Of a stretch of DNA of 64,000 nt, positions 49,966 to 60,189 are shown piece by piece. Each line of letters begins with the position of its first letter. Positions within the stretch are counted from its first letter, which is position 1. The translations under genes and the position numbers were made by a program. The notes below the pieces were generated by a model. The model was given only the letters and a program-made list of their open reading frames with translations, did not search any database and was not told the origin of the DNA. This DNA comes from an uncultured Actinomycetes bacterium (lineage in GTDB: Bacteria > Actinomycetota > Acidimicrobiia > IMCC26256 > DASPTH01). Location of the stretch: assembly GCA_963782705.1 (NCBI GenBank), contig CAWAKX010000033.1, positions 160,196-224,195 on the forward strand, read 5' to 3'.

Positions 49966-50420
49966 ATGCGCAAGCTCCTGCTCGTCGTCGTGCTCATCGC
50001 GTGCTCGGCTCCGCTCACGGTGTCCGCCGCACACGCCGCGACCGAGCCCGATGTCACGATCCCTCTCGATACCGTGGTCTCTGGCGATCCTGGCACCGCA
50101 TACGTGATCGCCGAAGCGGACGTGGATCCCGCACTGGTCGGTCGCTCCTGCGTGGTGTCGGTGACCGCCGAGAACAACCCATCGGTGCATCCCGGCACCA
50201 CGATGGTGGTGGCGTCCGGCGGCGACACCGTGAGCGCCTCCGACGTGGAGGCAACCCCCGAGAAGATCACCACGGCGGATCGGCCGCTCCAGCTCGGTGC
50301 CGTGATCACCGTCTCCGTGGTGCTCGGTGACGACGGTGTCTCGTCGTTCGGGGGGAAGGTCGAAATCGCGTGCCCGGTCCAGCCCCCGCCGACGGTCGGC
50401 CGCGCCGCCCGTGGCTTCGG
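49966..50420 (+). CDS. secreted hypothetical protein (3' end uncertain)
   Basis: ATG 49966. The signal peptide is MRKLLLVVVLIACSAPLTVSAAHAATEP, and the mature part is ...VTIPLDTVVSGDPGTAYVIAEADVDPALVGRSCVVSVTAENNPSVHPGTTMVVASGGDTVSASDVEATPEKITTADRPLQLGAVITVSVVLGDDGVSSFGGKVEIACPVQPPPTV. The downstream in-frame stretch is Arg/Pro junk with no stop, which suggests a missing stop or a shift. Confidence 0.5.
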
Positions 50421-50552
50421 AGGTGGTCCTCCTTCCGCCCGCCGCGCCCGCCCCGCCCGAGCCTGCCCCAGCGGTCCAAGTCCCGCCGGCGACCGCGGGC
50501 TGACGGCCGGGAGGTCGGCTCCTCGATACCGTCCTGCGGCGCTGTCGCCAGG

Positions 50553-50614
50553 TGGCGGCGACCTGCACGGCCGCCCGTCCCGTCGGCGGCGACCTGCACG
50601 GCCACCCGTCCCGT
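50553..50614. repeat. 31-bp tandem direct repeat x2 (plus partial third copy)
   Basis: ggcggcgacctgcacggccgcccgtcccgtc / ggcggcgacctgcacggccacccgtcccgtc / ggcggtgac... The unit is not a multiple of 3. Confidence 0.7.
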
Positions 50615-50697
50615 CGGCGGTGACCCCGCCCCTCGGTCCTCGGCCGGGCCGGCAGCGTGCGGTTGCACCGCTCGCGGTCACACGACAATCTCTCGGC

Positions 50698-50913
50698 ATG
50701 GCCAATTTGAAGCTCCGCGTCAGTCGGGCGATGGAAGTCGTCAATGCCGATGCCGAGATCGAGGTGCGAGATACCGACGGCGAGCTGCTCGGCCGTCTCC
50801 TGGTCAGCAGGGGCAGCGTCGACTGGGTGCCGGCGAACAAGCAACTTCGGCACCGCATGAGCTGGAAACGGTTCGCTCGCGTGATGGAGCAAGAGGGCCG
50901 ACTGGTCCGGTAG
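50698..50913 (+). CDS. small hypothetical protein (71 aa)
   Basis: MANLKLRVSRAMEVVNADAEIEVRDTDGELLGRLLVSRGSVDWVPANKQLRHRMSWKRFARVMEQEGRLVR*. The composition is protein-like (not Arg/Pro junk), but there is no recognisable family and the RBS is weak. Confidence 0.35.
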   Translation: MANLKLRVSRAMEVVNADAEIEVRDTDGELLGRLLVSRGSVDWVPANKQLRHRMSWKRFARVMEQEGRLVR

Positions 50914-50929
50914 GTGGCTCACCCGGTTC

Positions 50930-51300
50930 GCCACGACACGGGAGGCCTGGCCGTGCGGCTGGCGGCGGAGGGCGCACAGGTCGCCATCGCCGCCCGCACC
51001 GTCGCCGGACTGGAGCGCACCCGCGACCTGATCGAGGAGGTCGGGGGCGAGCCCTCGTGCTTCCGTGCGATCTGAGCGAGCCGACGGCGGACGCGCCAAC
51101 TTGGTCGAGCGCACCGAGGTTGCCCTGGGTCCGATCGACCTCCTCGTGAACGACCCGGTGCTCCACGTCGTGAAGCCGGTGCACGAGTTCACGCCGGACG
51201 AGCTGCGCCTCGCCACCGAGGTGAACCCGTGGGCGCCGTGGCTGCTGATGTCGCAGGTGATCCCGCGGATGCGCGAGCGCGACGTGCTCCGCCGGGGCTG
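50930..51300 (+). pseudogene. remnant of an SDR oxidoreductase gene (internal fragment, frameshifted)
   Basis: ...TGGLAVRLAAEGAQVAIAARTVAGLERTRDLIEEVGGEP... and ...GPIDLLVNDPVLHVVKPVHEFTPDELRLATEVNPWAPWLLMSQVIPRMRERD... The fragment begins inside the Gly-rich NAD motif and lacks the YxxxK catalytic region. A 7-bp-stem hairpin (cgacggg-gctccgt-cccgtcg) follows at about 51306-51326. Confidence 0.5.
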
Positions 51301-51487
51301 AACCCCGACGGGGCTCCGTCCCGTCGTCGGAGAAATTCCTCCCGCCGCCAAACCTCCTGGCCTCGCCGGGCGTGCCCTTCCGGGTGCTCAAGCAATCACC
51401 CCCGTTCCGCCGATACGGGACGGACCCCCCACCCGGGACCACGACCTGCCGGACCGCCTCCATGGCCCGGCTCAGGGAGGACCACCA

Positions 51488-52017
51488 ATGATCCGCAGCA
51501 AGATCGCCGCCGTCACCTTCGGCGCCGCACTGGGCCTCGGAGCCCTCGCGGTGCCCGCCACCGCCGACTCGAGCAGCTCCTCGAGCTCCTCGACCGAGAC
51601 CCACACCGCGGTCCCCGGTGGCGGCCCCACCCAGATCGTCCTCGCCGGCATCGGCACCCTGACCCTCGAGGTCGACGCCACCACCGGCGCGGTGAGCAAC
51701 GTGGGCCTCGTGCCGCTCGACGGCGTGGTGCTCGACTCCATCGTGGTCACCCCCACCGGCGCGATCGTGAACGTGACCCTCGCCGACGGCACCACCCAGC
51801 AGGTCAAGGTCGAGGGTGAGCTCGAGGACGGCGTGCCCGAACGTCGAGACCGAGGTCGAGGGTCCCGAGGACGAGCAGGAGTCGGAGTCGGAGCACACGA
51901 CCGGCGACGACTCGAGCGGCGACTCGCACACGCGGAGACTCGTCGAGCGACAGCGGCGGCGACTCTTCGGGCCACGGCGGCGGCGACTCGTCGGGTCACG
52001 GTGGCGGCGACGACTGA
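51488..52017 (+). CDS. small secreted acidic/Ser-Gly-rich protein, frameshifted
   Basis: The signal peptide is MIRSKIAAVTFGAALGLGALAVPATA. ...DSSSSSSSSTETHTAVPGGGPTQIVLAGIGTLTLEVDATTGAVSNVGLVPLDGVVLDSIVVTPTGAIVNVTLADGTTQQVKVEGELEDGVP... then shifts to ...NVETEVEGPEDEQESESEHTTGDDSSGDSH... and ends ...GDSSGHGGGDSSGHGGGDD*. Confidence 0.45.
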
Positions 52018-52097
52018 CGGGTCCGCGACGTCGCGAGCGACCGCCGGTGGCTCCGCGCCACCGGCGGTCCCGCGTCGCGGCCCGTCATCTCCTGCCG

Positions 52098-52692
52098 ATG
52101 CTCCTGGCGACCGTGGTCGCCGGGGTGCTGGCCCTCCCCGTGCCCGCCGGTGCGGCGACCACGTCACCCAAGGCGCAGCTGGGCGCGGCAGTGGCCCAGA
52201 TGCAGGAGGTCGGCGGGCTACTCGTTCTCCGCCATCGTCGGATCGGGCGCCGCGGCGAAGAAGGTCAAGATCGCCGGCGAGTACCAGGCGCCCGACCGCA
52301 TCCACGAGGTGGTGCAGGTCGGTACCGGTCCGGCGTCGGAGCTGGTGATGATCGGCTCCGAGGTCTACGCCAAGAACTCGTCCGGCGTCTGGCAGCGCAC
52401 CCGGGCCGCCAACGGCACGCAGACCGACCTCCGGTCGACGTTCGCCGCCCTGGCCGCGGCCGCGCGTCAGGTGAAGCGCAACGGCGCGGGCGTGAGCTTC
52501 GTGCTGGGCTCGGCGGCCTCCAAGCGCCTGGCCGGCTCGCAGGCGACGGGGACGACCACGGGTCGGGTCACGTTCGCCGGCGACCGCATCGCCCGACTCA
52601 AGTACACCGCCAAGGTCAACGGCACCAAGGTGCCCGTGCAGATCGACTACACGGTCACCGATCCTCCGCCCACGGTGAGCGCACCGATCTGA
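52098..52692 (+). CDS. secreted hypothetical protein, one frameshift near 52225
   Basis: The signal peptide is MLLATVVAGVLALPVPAGAATTSPKAQLGAAVAQMQEVGG. The shifted continuation is ...YSFSAIVGSGAAAKKVKIAGEYQAPDRIHEVVQVGTGPASELVMIGSEVYAKNSSGVWQRT...KVPVQIDYTVTDPPPTVSAPI*. Confidence 0.5.
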
Positions 52693-52763
52693 GCGCGCCG
52701 ATCTGAGCGAAGCGGACGCGCGGGCGGGACCATCCGCCCGCGCGTCTGGCAACATCGTCGCCC

Positions 52764-53767
52764 GTGACGCTGCATCTCGACCCCGAATCCGTGCCGGCGT
52801 TCGTCGCGGGCCTGCGCGGCGTCACCGACGTCGACGGCGGGGCGACCGACGAGCAGGAACGGGTGTTGCGGGCGGTCGCCCGGCACCTCTGGGCGATGAG
52901 CCCGGTCACCTACGACGCGTGCGTGCCCTGCACCCCCGACGACGTGGCCGAGGGCGTCCCCGAGGAGGAAGCCCGTCGCCGGTTCGTGCAGCTCGGGATC
53001 GTGCTCGAGCTGTGCCGTCACCCCGACTCCGTCGCGCAGGTCTGCCGATTGGGCGAGTACGCGGCCGCCGTGGGGATCGACGGTCCGCAGCTCGACGCCA
53101 TCCGCTCCTGGGTCACCCGTGACGCCACCGCGGCGACGGACGACTTCGTGCGCAACTACCAGGCGTTCATCGCCGGTCTCTCCGATCCCGACGTGACCGT
53201 GCCGCCGCGCGACGACCCGTCGTGGGGCGAGGTGCTGCCGCAGGTGGCGGCGTTGCGCGAGCTGCCGGAGGGCTCGCTGGGCTGGGCCTACCTGCGCTTC
53301 TACGCGCGCCACGGGTTCCCGCTGCCGGGACGGCACACGCCCGAGCCCGCCTACTACGTGAGCCACGACATGAACCACGTGATCGCGGGGTACGAACCCA
53401 CCGGGCCCGGCGAGATCTCCCTCGGCGCGTTCAAGCTCGCGATGAGCGACACCGACGCGAACTGGATGGCCTTCGTCGCCAACCTGATGATCCACGAAGC
53501 GGGGATGATCAAGCACGGCACCACCGAGCAGGCGCAGTTCGTGCCCTACGGCGGCGAGATCTATCCCGACGCGCAGGGCCAGGGTGCACTGCACCTCCCG
53601 GGCGCGGCGGAGGAGCTCGCCGAGGCGTTGGAACGCGGGGCGCGGTGGAGGGCGACTTCAGCCAGATCGACCACCTCGCCATCGCGCACCGACCACTCGT
53701 CGAGATCCGCGACGAGTACCACGTCGTCGCCCGGCGCGACGGTTTCGACGAGGGTCCCGCGCCGTGA
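52764..53767 (+). CDS. hypothetical protein (about 330 aa), one frameshift near 53640
   Basis: VTLHLDPESVPAFVAGLRGVTDVDGGATDEQERVLRAVARHLWAMSPVTYDACVPCTPDDVAEGVPEEEARRRFVQLGIVLELCRHPDSVAQVCRLGEYAAAVGIDGPQLDAIRSWV...HVIAGYEPTGPGEISLGAFKLAMSDTDANWMAFVANLMIHEAGMIKHG..., with the C-terminus ...DFSQIDHLAIAHRPLVEIRDEYHVVARRDGFDEGPAP* in the +1 frame. No family recognised. Confidence 0.5.
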
Positions 53768-54682
53768 CCGGGCCGGTCGCCGCGGCCTCGGAGGTGCGCT
53801 TCCGCGGGCAGCCGGCGGTCGAGCTGTGCAGCGGTGCGCTGCGCGCCCGCTTCGTCCCCGGGCTCGGCATGACCGGGGTGTCACTCGAACGCGACGGGCG
53901 GCCGTATCTCTCGTTGCGCGGCGGGCTCGACGCGCTGCGCGGTGGTCACACGACGGGCCTGCCGCTGCTCGCGCCGTGGGCCAACCGCCTCGGCGGCGAT
54001 CGGTACCGCGTGGGTCGTCACACTGTCGACCTCGCCGGACGTGCCACTGCACCGCGACGCGAACGGTCTCCCGATGCACGGTCTGCTCGTCGGCCGCGGC
54101 GCGTGGACGGTCGAGCGGCTCGCTGTGACGCGCGGCGCCGCCCGGGTGCGCGCCGCGTGCGCGGTGGACGACGTCGCGTTCCCGTTCCCGCACACGGTCG
54201 TGGTCGAGGCGCGTGTCCACGACGACCGCTTGGTCGTCGACACCAGCATCCTGCCCACCGGCCGACGTGCCGTGCCGGTCGCGTTCGGGTGGCACCCGTA
54301 CCTTCGCCTGCCGGGTACACCGCGACGAGAGTGGCGGCTGCGGCTCCCCGCACGCGAGCACCTCGTCCTCGACGCGCGCGGTCTGCCGACCGGCGAGCGT
54401 CGCGCCGCTGCGGCCGAACGGGCGCCGATCGGCCGGCGGACCTTCGACGATCTCTACGCGCTCACCGGCGCCCGCACCCTCGGCCTCGACCACGACGACG
54501 CCGGTGTGGAGCTGCGCCTGGGACGGGGCTACGGGTTCGCGCAGGTCTGGGTGCCCGCGGCCGGCAACTTCGTGGCACTGGAGCCGATGGTCGCCGCGAC
54601 CGACGCGCTGCGGGCCGGCACGGCGCCCGTCGTGCAGCCCGGCGATCGCTACCGGGCGCGTTTCACGATCGTGCTGCGCTGA
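53764..54682 (+). CDS. aldose 1-epimerase family protein, one frameshift near 54040
   Basis: The GTG overlaps the upstream stop. ...LERDGRPYLSLRGGLDALRGGHTTGLPLLAPWANRLGGDRYRVGRHTVDL... then shifts to ...NGLPMHGLLVG...VAFGWHPYLRLPGTPRREWRLRLPAREHLVLDARGLPTGER...GYGFAQVWVPAAGNFVALEPMVAATDALRAG... Confidence 0.7.
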
Positions 54683-54719
54683 ACGGCCGGGCACCGGCCG
54701 CGTGCCAGACTTGCCCCCG

Positions 54720-56570
54720 ATGAGCAACTTCCCGCCGATTGCCGACTACGCATTCCTCTCCGACTGCGAGGTCAGCACCCTGATCGCTCCCGACGGCTCG
54801 GTCGAGTGGCTGTGCCTGCCCCGGCCCGACGGGCCCAGCGTGTTCGGCGCGCTCCTCGACCGCAGCGCGGGCCACTTCCGTTTCGCGCCCTCGAACGCGG
54901 AGGTGCCCGATCAGCGTCGCTACGTCCCCGGCACCAACGTGCTCGAGACCACCTGGCACTCGCCGACGGGCTGGATGACCGTCTACGACGTGCTCGTGAT
55001 CGGTCCGGCGTCCGCCGACGAGCGGCGGCCCGAGTACCGCCGTGCTCCCGGCGACGAGGTCGCGCAGGGCACGCTCCTGCGCATCGCGCGCTGTTTCAGC
55101 GGCCGGGTCGAGCTCACCGCGGAGTGCCTCCCGCAGTTCGACTACGGCCGAACGTCGGGCGACTGGGAGTACTCCGACGGCGGCTACGGCCACGTGCAGG
55201 TGAGCCACGACGACGTCACGCTCACCATGGCGAGCAGTCTGCGGCTCGGATTCCTCGGGGCGCGCGTCTACGGACGCACCACGCTCGAACAGGGCGACGC
55301 CGCGTGGATCGCGCTGTCGTGGCGGGGCGCACTGCCCGCCGATCTCGAAGAGGCCGACGACCAGCTCGAGAACACGCAGCGGTTCTGGCGCGACTGGCTC
55401 AGCCTCGCCGACGTGGCCGACCACCGGTGGCGCCCCTACATCGAGCGCAGCGCGCTGGCGCTCAAGGGTCTGAGCTACGCGCCCACCGGGGCGATCATGG
55501 CCGCGGGCACCACGTCGCTGCCGGAGACGCCCGGCGGTGAGCGCAACTGGGACTACCGCTACTCGTGGATCCGTGACAGCGCGTTCATGCTGCGGGCGTT
55601 GCACGGGCTCGGCTTCGACTGGGAGGCCTACGAGTACTTCGCGTTCGTGCTCGACGCAGTGGGACAGGCCGCGATCGAGGCCGGCGAGCTGGGCCTGCAG
55701 ATCATGTACGGCATCGGGGGCGAGACCGACCTCACGGAGCAGACCCTCGATCACCTGTCCGGCTATCTCCACTCGCGCCCGGTGCGCATCGGCAACGGCG
55801 CGTTCGACCAGCACCAACACGACGTGTGGGGGATGCTGCTCGACTCGGTCGCCACCCACTCCCGTCGCGGCGGCGAGATCCCCCATCCGTTGTGGGAGGC
55901 GATCGCGGGGATGGTGGAGCAGGCGATCGGGCGTGTGTCGGAACCCGACCAGGGCATCTGGGAGATGCGCGGCGCGCCGCAGCATTTCGTGGCGTCGAAG
56001 GTGATGTGCTGGGTCGCGGTCGATCGCGGGATCAAGCTCGCCAAGGAGCGTGACGACGACGAGCGCGTCGAGCGCTGGCAGAAGTGCGCCGACGCGATGA
56101 AGGCCGAGATCCTGGAGCGGGGACTCGACCAGCGCGGCTCGTTCACCCAGTACTACGGCACCGACGCGCTCGACGCGTCGTTGCTGCTCCTCCCGATCAT
56201 GGGATTCCTCCCGCCCGACGACGAGCGCGTGCGCACCACCGTGCTCGCGATCGCCGACGAGCTCACCCGCGACGGCCTCGTGTTGCGCTACCGCGTCGAG
56301 ACCACCGACGACGGTCTCTCCGGTGAAGAGGGCACGTTCACCATCTGCTCGTTCTGGCTGGTGTCGGCCCTGGCGATGATCGGCGAGCTCGACCGGGCGC
56401 GACGACTGTTCGAGAAGCTGCTGTCCTTCGCGGGCCCGCTGCTGCTCTACGCTGAAGAGATCGACGTCACCACCGGCTACCACCTCGGCAACTTCCCGCA
56501 GGCGTTCACCCACCTCGCGCTGATCGACGCCGCGTCGCGGCTGCTCGAACGCGAACCGCTCAGCTCGTAG
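54720..56570 (+). CDS. glycoside hydrolase family 15 (glucoamylase/trehalase-like), intact
   Basis: 616 aa. MSNFPPIADYAFLSDCEVSTLIAPDGSVEWLCLPRPDGPSVFGALLD...NWDYRYSWIRDSAFMLRALHGLG...GLVLRYRVETTDDGLSGEEGTFTICSFWLVSALAMIG... Confidence 0.85.
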   Translation: MSNFPPIADYAFLSDCEVSTLIAPDGSVEWLCLPRPDGPSVFGALLDRSAGHFRFAPSNAEVPDQRRYVPGTNVLETTWHSPTGWMTVYDVLVIGPASADERRPEYRRAPGDEVAQGTLLRIARCFSGRVELTAECLPQFDYGRTSGDWEYSDGGYGHVQVSHDDVTLTMASSLRLGFLGARVYGRTTLEQGDAAWIALSWRGALPADLEEADDQLENTQRFWRDWLSLADVADHRWRPYIERSALALKGLSYAPTGAIMAAGTTSLPETPGGERNWDYRYSWIRDSAFMLRALHGLGFDWEAYEYFAFVLDAVGQAAIEAGELGLQIMYGIGGETDLTEQTLDHLSGYLHSRPVRIGNGAFDQHQHDVWGMLLDSVATHSRRGGEIPHPLWEAIAGMVEQAIGRVSEPDQGIWEMRGAPQHFVASKVMCWVAVDRGIKLAKERDDDERVERWQKCADAMKAEILERGLDQRGSFTQYYGTDALDASLLLLPIMGFLPPDDERVRTTVLAIADELTRDGLVLRYRVETTDDGLSGEEGTFTICSFWLVSALAMIGELDRARRLFEKLLSFAGPLLLYAEEIDVTTGYHLGNFPQAFTHLALIDAASRLLEREPLSS

Positions 56571-56573
56571 CCC

Positions 56574-57785
56574 GTGCTCGACACGCTGCGTTCGGTCATG
56601 CGGTTCCGCCGCTTCGAGACCGATCCCGTCGCGCGTCGCCTCGAACGCGTGGCGAGTGTCGCCGATCTGCGGCGCATCGCGCGCCGTCGCCTGCCTCGTG
56701 GCGTGTTCGACTACATCGACGGTGCCGCGGAGGACGAGCGCACACTCGCAGCCAACGCCGACGCGTTCGCGCGGGTGACGTTCCGGCCGCGGGTGCTCGG
56801 GGCGTGGCCCAGACCGACCCGTCGACCACGTTGCTGGGCCGGCCGCTCGCGTACCCGCTCGTGCTCGCGCCCACCGGGTTCACCCGCATCGCCGACCCGC
56901 AGGGCGAGCTCGCGGTCGCGCGCGCCGCGGCCCGGGCGGGGCTGCCCTACACGCTCTCGACGTTGGCGACCCGCTCGGTGGAGGAGGTGGCGGCGGTGAG
57001 CGACGGCCGCCGCTGGTTCCAGCTCTACCTGTTCCGCGACCGAGGTCTCGTCCGCGAGATGCTCGGGCGAGCGCGCGCCGTCGGGCTTCGAGACGCTGGT
57101 GTTCACCGTCGACCTCACCGTGCACGGACGGCGCGAGCGCGACGTGCGCCACGGCTTCACGCTGCCGCCGCAGCTCGGCCTCGACACGCTGATCGACGGC
57201 GTGCTGCACCCGGCGTGGACCTGGGCGTTCGCCCGCTCCGAACCGATCCGCTTCGCCAACGTGGAGGGGCAGGCCGTGGGCGACGGCAGCACGCCGGTCG
57301 ACCTCGCCGAGTACATACACACCGCGATGGAACCGGCGATCTCGTGGCGCGACGTGGAATGGCTGCGCGGCGAGTGGGACGGACCGATCGTGCTCAAGGG
57401 CATCCAGACCGTCGACGACGCGCGCCTCGCGGCCGACGCCGGCGTGGAGGCGATCGCGCTGTCGAACCACGGCGGCCGTCAGCTCGACGGCGCGCCGGCC
57501 ACGCTCTCGCTGGTCGCGCCGGTGGCCGACGCGGTCGGCGGACGGGTCGAGATCATCTGCGACGGTGGGGTGCGGCGGGGGAGCGACATCGTGAAGGCCG
57601 TGGCACTCGGCGCCAACGTGTGCATGGCCGGGCGGGCCTACCTCTACGGGCTGGGCGCGGCGGGGGAGCGGGGCGTCGACTTCGTGCTCGACCTGTTCCG
57701 CGCCGACGTCGAGCGCGTGATGATGCTGCTCGGGGTCGCGGCGATCTCCGACCTCGGACCCGAACTGGTGGCGACCTCCGGCTGA
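56574..57785 (+). CDS. FMN-dependent alpha-hydroxy-acid dehydrogenase (L-lactate dehydrogenase/glycolate oxidase family), 2 frameshifts
   Basis: ...RGVFDYIDGAAEDERTLAANADAFARVTFRPRVL...; ...LSTLATRSVEEVAAV...WFQLY...; ...PIVLKGIQTVDDARLAADAGVEAIALSNHGGRQLDGAPATLSLVAPVADAVGGRVEIICDGGVRRGSDIVKAVALGANVCMAGRAYLYGL... Confidence 0.75.
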
Positions 57786-57871
57786 GCGCGGGGATCGACC
57801 GCCGCGGGGCCCGGGTGGCGGTAGGGTGCGCGCACCATTCGGCGGTCGCCGGACCGCGACGGAGGTGCAGC

Positions 57872-58705
57872 ATGGCCGAGGTCGTCGTCGTCACCGGAGT
57901 TGGAGGCATGGGCGCCGCGTGCGCCCGGCGTCTGGGCTCCGGACGTGAGCTCGTGGTGGCCGACATCGACGCCCCGCGCCTCGCCGCCGTGCGCGACGAG
58001 CTCACCCTCGAGGGGTACTCGGTCACGGCCGTGGAGCTCGACGTGTCCGACCGGGCCGCGATCGACGGGCTCGCGGCACTCGCGCGCGACGCCGGCACGC
58101 TGCGTACGGTCGTGCACACCGCGGCGTTCGCGCCGTCGTCGGGTGAACCCGCGGCGCGTGTGCTTGCCGCTGCGCTCATGGGCACCGAGCACGTCCTCGC
58201 CGCGTTCGCTCCGCTCGCGGTGCCCGGCAGCGTCGCGGTGTGCATCGCGAGCAACGGCGGCTACATGTCATCCGTCTCCGCCGAGCAGGAGCGCGCGGTG
58301 CTCACCGCCGAGTCGGGCGAGCTGCTCTCGGTCCTCACCCTGCCCGACGGCTGCACGCCCGGCACGGCGTACACGATCGGCAAGCGGGGCGCGCAGCTAC
58401 GGGTCGAGCGGTACGCAGGCCTGTGGGGCGCCAACGGTGGGCGCGTGGTGAGCGTCAGCCCCGGGGTCACGATGACGCCGATGGGCCGCCGGGAGATGGA
58501 GCTCGGCCCGCCCGAGGCGATGCAGGCCCAGGCGACGCTGCCGGCGATCAAGCGCCTCGGCACGCCGGCCGACATCGCCAACGCGGTGGCGTGGCTGGCC
58601 GGCCCCGAGGCCACGCTGGTGACCGGGTGTGATCTGCGCGTCGACGGCGGGATGGTGGCCGCGTTGCACGCGATGGGAATCGATCTGAGCGCGTCGTCGA
58701 AGTGA
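57872..58705 (+). CDS. SDR family oxidoreductase, intact
   Basis: RBS GACGGAGGTG. MAEVVVVTGVGGMGAACARRLGSGRELVVADID...; YTIGKRGAQL (YxxxK). Confidence 0.8.
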   Translation: MAEVVVVTGVGGMGAACARRLGSGRELVVADIDAPRLAAVRDELTLEGYSVTAVELDVSDRAAIDGLAALARDAGTLRTVVHTAAFAPSSGEPAARVLAAALMGTEHVLAAFAPLAVPGSVAVCIASNGGYMSSVSAEQERAVLTAESGELLSVLTLPDGCTPGTAYTIGKRGAQLRVERYAGLWGANGGRVVSVSPGVTMTPMGRREMELGPPEAMQAQATLPAIKRLGTPADIANAVAWLAGPEATLVTGCDLRVDGGMVAALHAMGIDLSASSK

Positions 58706-58727
58706 CGCGCCGACCGGGAGGGCAACG

Positions 58728-59589
58728 ATGACCGATCCGCAGAACCCGGCCCAGAATCCACCCCGCTGGGCGGCCGACCCGACGGGCCGGCACCAGTACC
58801 GCTACTGGGACGGCGCGGCCTGGACCGACCAGGTGTCGGACAACGGCGCGGTGTCGGTCGACCCGCCGGTCGCGTCCCCGACGCCGACGCCGACGCCCGC
58901 CGCCGACGCCCGACCAGACGTCGAGTCCGCCCCCGCCGGGCGGCTGGGCCGCAGCCGCGGCCGCGGCCGGAGGCGCGCCCACCCCGCCGCCGGGCGTTCC
59001 CGGTGTGCCCCCGGCCCCGGGATTCTGGGGTCGGCGTGACCCGACCGCGGTGCTCGGCCGTCGCTACGGCGCGTTCTTCATCGACCTCGCCGTCTGCCTG
59101 GTGGTGATCGCCGCCCTGTTCTCGGCGACGGCCACCCAGCGCACCGTTGCCGAAACGCTCGACCTGCCCGGCTGCCACTACGCCTCCGACAGCAGCGCGA
59201 GTGACAGCAACCGTCAGATCGAATGCGCCAACCGCACCGTGCTGCGGATCAACGACACGGTGTACGAGACGGACTTCGGTTGGTTCGGCCTGTTCGTGCT
59301 CTTCACCATCCTCTACTTCGCGATCCCCGAGGCGTTCGGCGGCGCGTCGTTGGGCAAGCTGATGACCGGGATACGCGTCGTCAGGGAGGACGGGAAGAAG
59401 ATCGGGATCGGCCGGTCGCTGCTGCGGTGGCTGCTGTTCTGGGTCGACGGTCCGATCACGCTCTTCCTGTGCGGGATCATCACCAGCGCGACGTCGAGCG
59501 GGCACCGGAGAGTCGGCGACATGGCTGCGGGGAGCTACGTGGTGGCCAAGCCCGACGCGGGCCAGCCGGTCGTGGTTCCCCCGCGCTGA
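58728..59589 (+). CDS. DUF2510 N-terminal domain fused to RDD-family membrane domain, one frameshift in the Pro/Ala linker
   Basis: PRWAADPTGRHQYRYWDGAAWTDQVSDNG is DUF2510-like. After the shift, ...RRYGAFFIDLAVCLVVIAALF...WFGLFVLFTILYFAIPEAFGGASLGKLMTGIRVVREDGKKIGIGRSLLRWLLFWVDGPITLFLCGII is RDD-like. Confidence 0.65.
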
Positions 59590-59614
59590 CGCCCGACGCC
59601 GCTCGACCGGGTGG

Positions 59615-60124
59615 CTACCAGCAGTCGAAGATCGCGCGGGTCGTCGACCACGTGGTCGACGAGGGATGGACCGCGCGGGTGAGCGTCGAGCCGTCGACGG
59701 TCAACAGGAAGCGGTCCTTCTGCGCCACGATGCGCGTCTGCCCGTCACGAAAGGCGCGTTGCCCCATGCCGAAGAGGGTGACGCGTCCGGGCGCCGCGGA
59801 CCGCTGCTTCGCGAACGCGCGGCGCGCCGCCGCGTGGCTCGGGTGGACGTCCACGGTGGCGACGATCGCGCCACGCGCGCCGAAGCTGTAGGTGCACGTG
59901 TAGCGGGTCGGGCTCTCCCAGACGCCTCGTCGCGGCTTGGACAACGGTCGACCCGCGGCCGCGATCACGGCCTCGCGCACCATCGGCTCGCAGACCTCTT
60001 CGGCCGTCTCGCGGGGATGACGGTCCTGGTCGGTGGCGGTGGCGGCCCGCGCCGGGGCGCTCACCACGACGGCTCCCAGGAGCGTGGCCGCGACGATCGC
60101 GATGCGGACGGGACGGGAGTGGCG
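59615..60124 (-). CDS. secreted hypothetical protein
   Basis: The signal peptide is VRHSRPVRIAIVAATLLGAVVVSAPARAATA. The mature part has two Cys pairs (...EEVCEPMVREAV...TRYTCTYSFGARGAIVATVDVHPSHAAARRAF...AIFDCW*). Confidence 0.5.
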   Translation of the reverse strand, partial: RHSRPVRIAIVAATLLGAVVVSAPARAATATDQDRHPRETAEEVCEPMVREAVIAAAGRPLSKPRRGVWESPTRYTCTYSFGARGAIVATVDVHPSHAAARRAFAKQRSAAPGRVTLFGMGQRAFRDGQTRIVAQKDRFLLTVDGSTLTRAVHPSSTTWSTTRAIFDCW

Positions 60125-60189
60125 CACCGCGCCAGTGTGCCGTATCCGTCGGCCGACCCGAGATCCGCGGGTTGCCGTAAGCTCCGCGG

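Noticed and set aside
50553-50614. 31-bp tandem repeat, as a possible CRISPR array
   Set aside because: There are only 2 contiguous copies with no spacers, no cas genes and a near-identical unit, so it is a simple tandem duplication.
48280-51487. Conventional integrated prophage or integrative element at tRNA-Cys
   Set aside because: There is no integrase, recombinase, excisionase or phage structural gene, and no visible direct repeat of the tRNA 3' end. It is retained only as a possible degraded scar.
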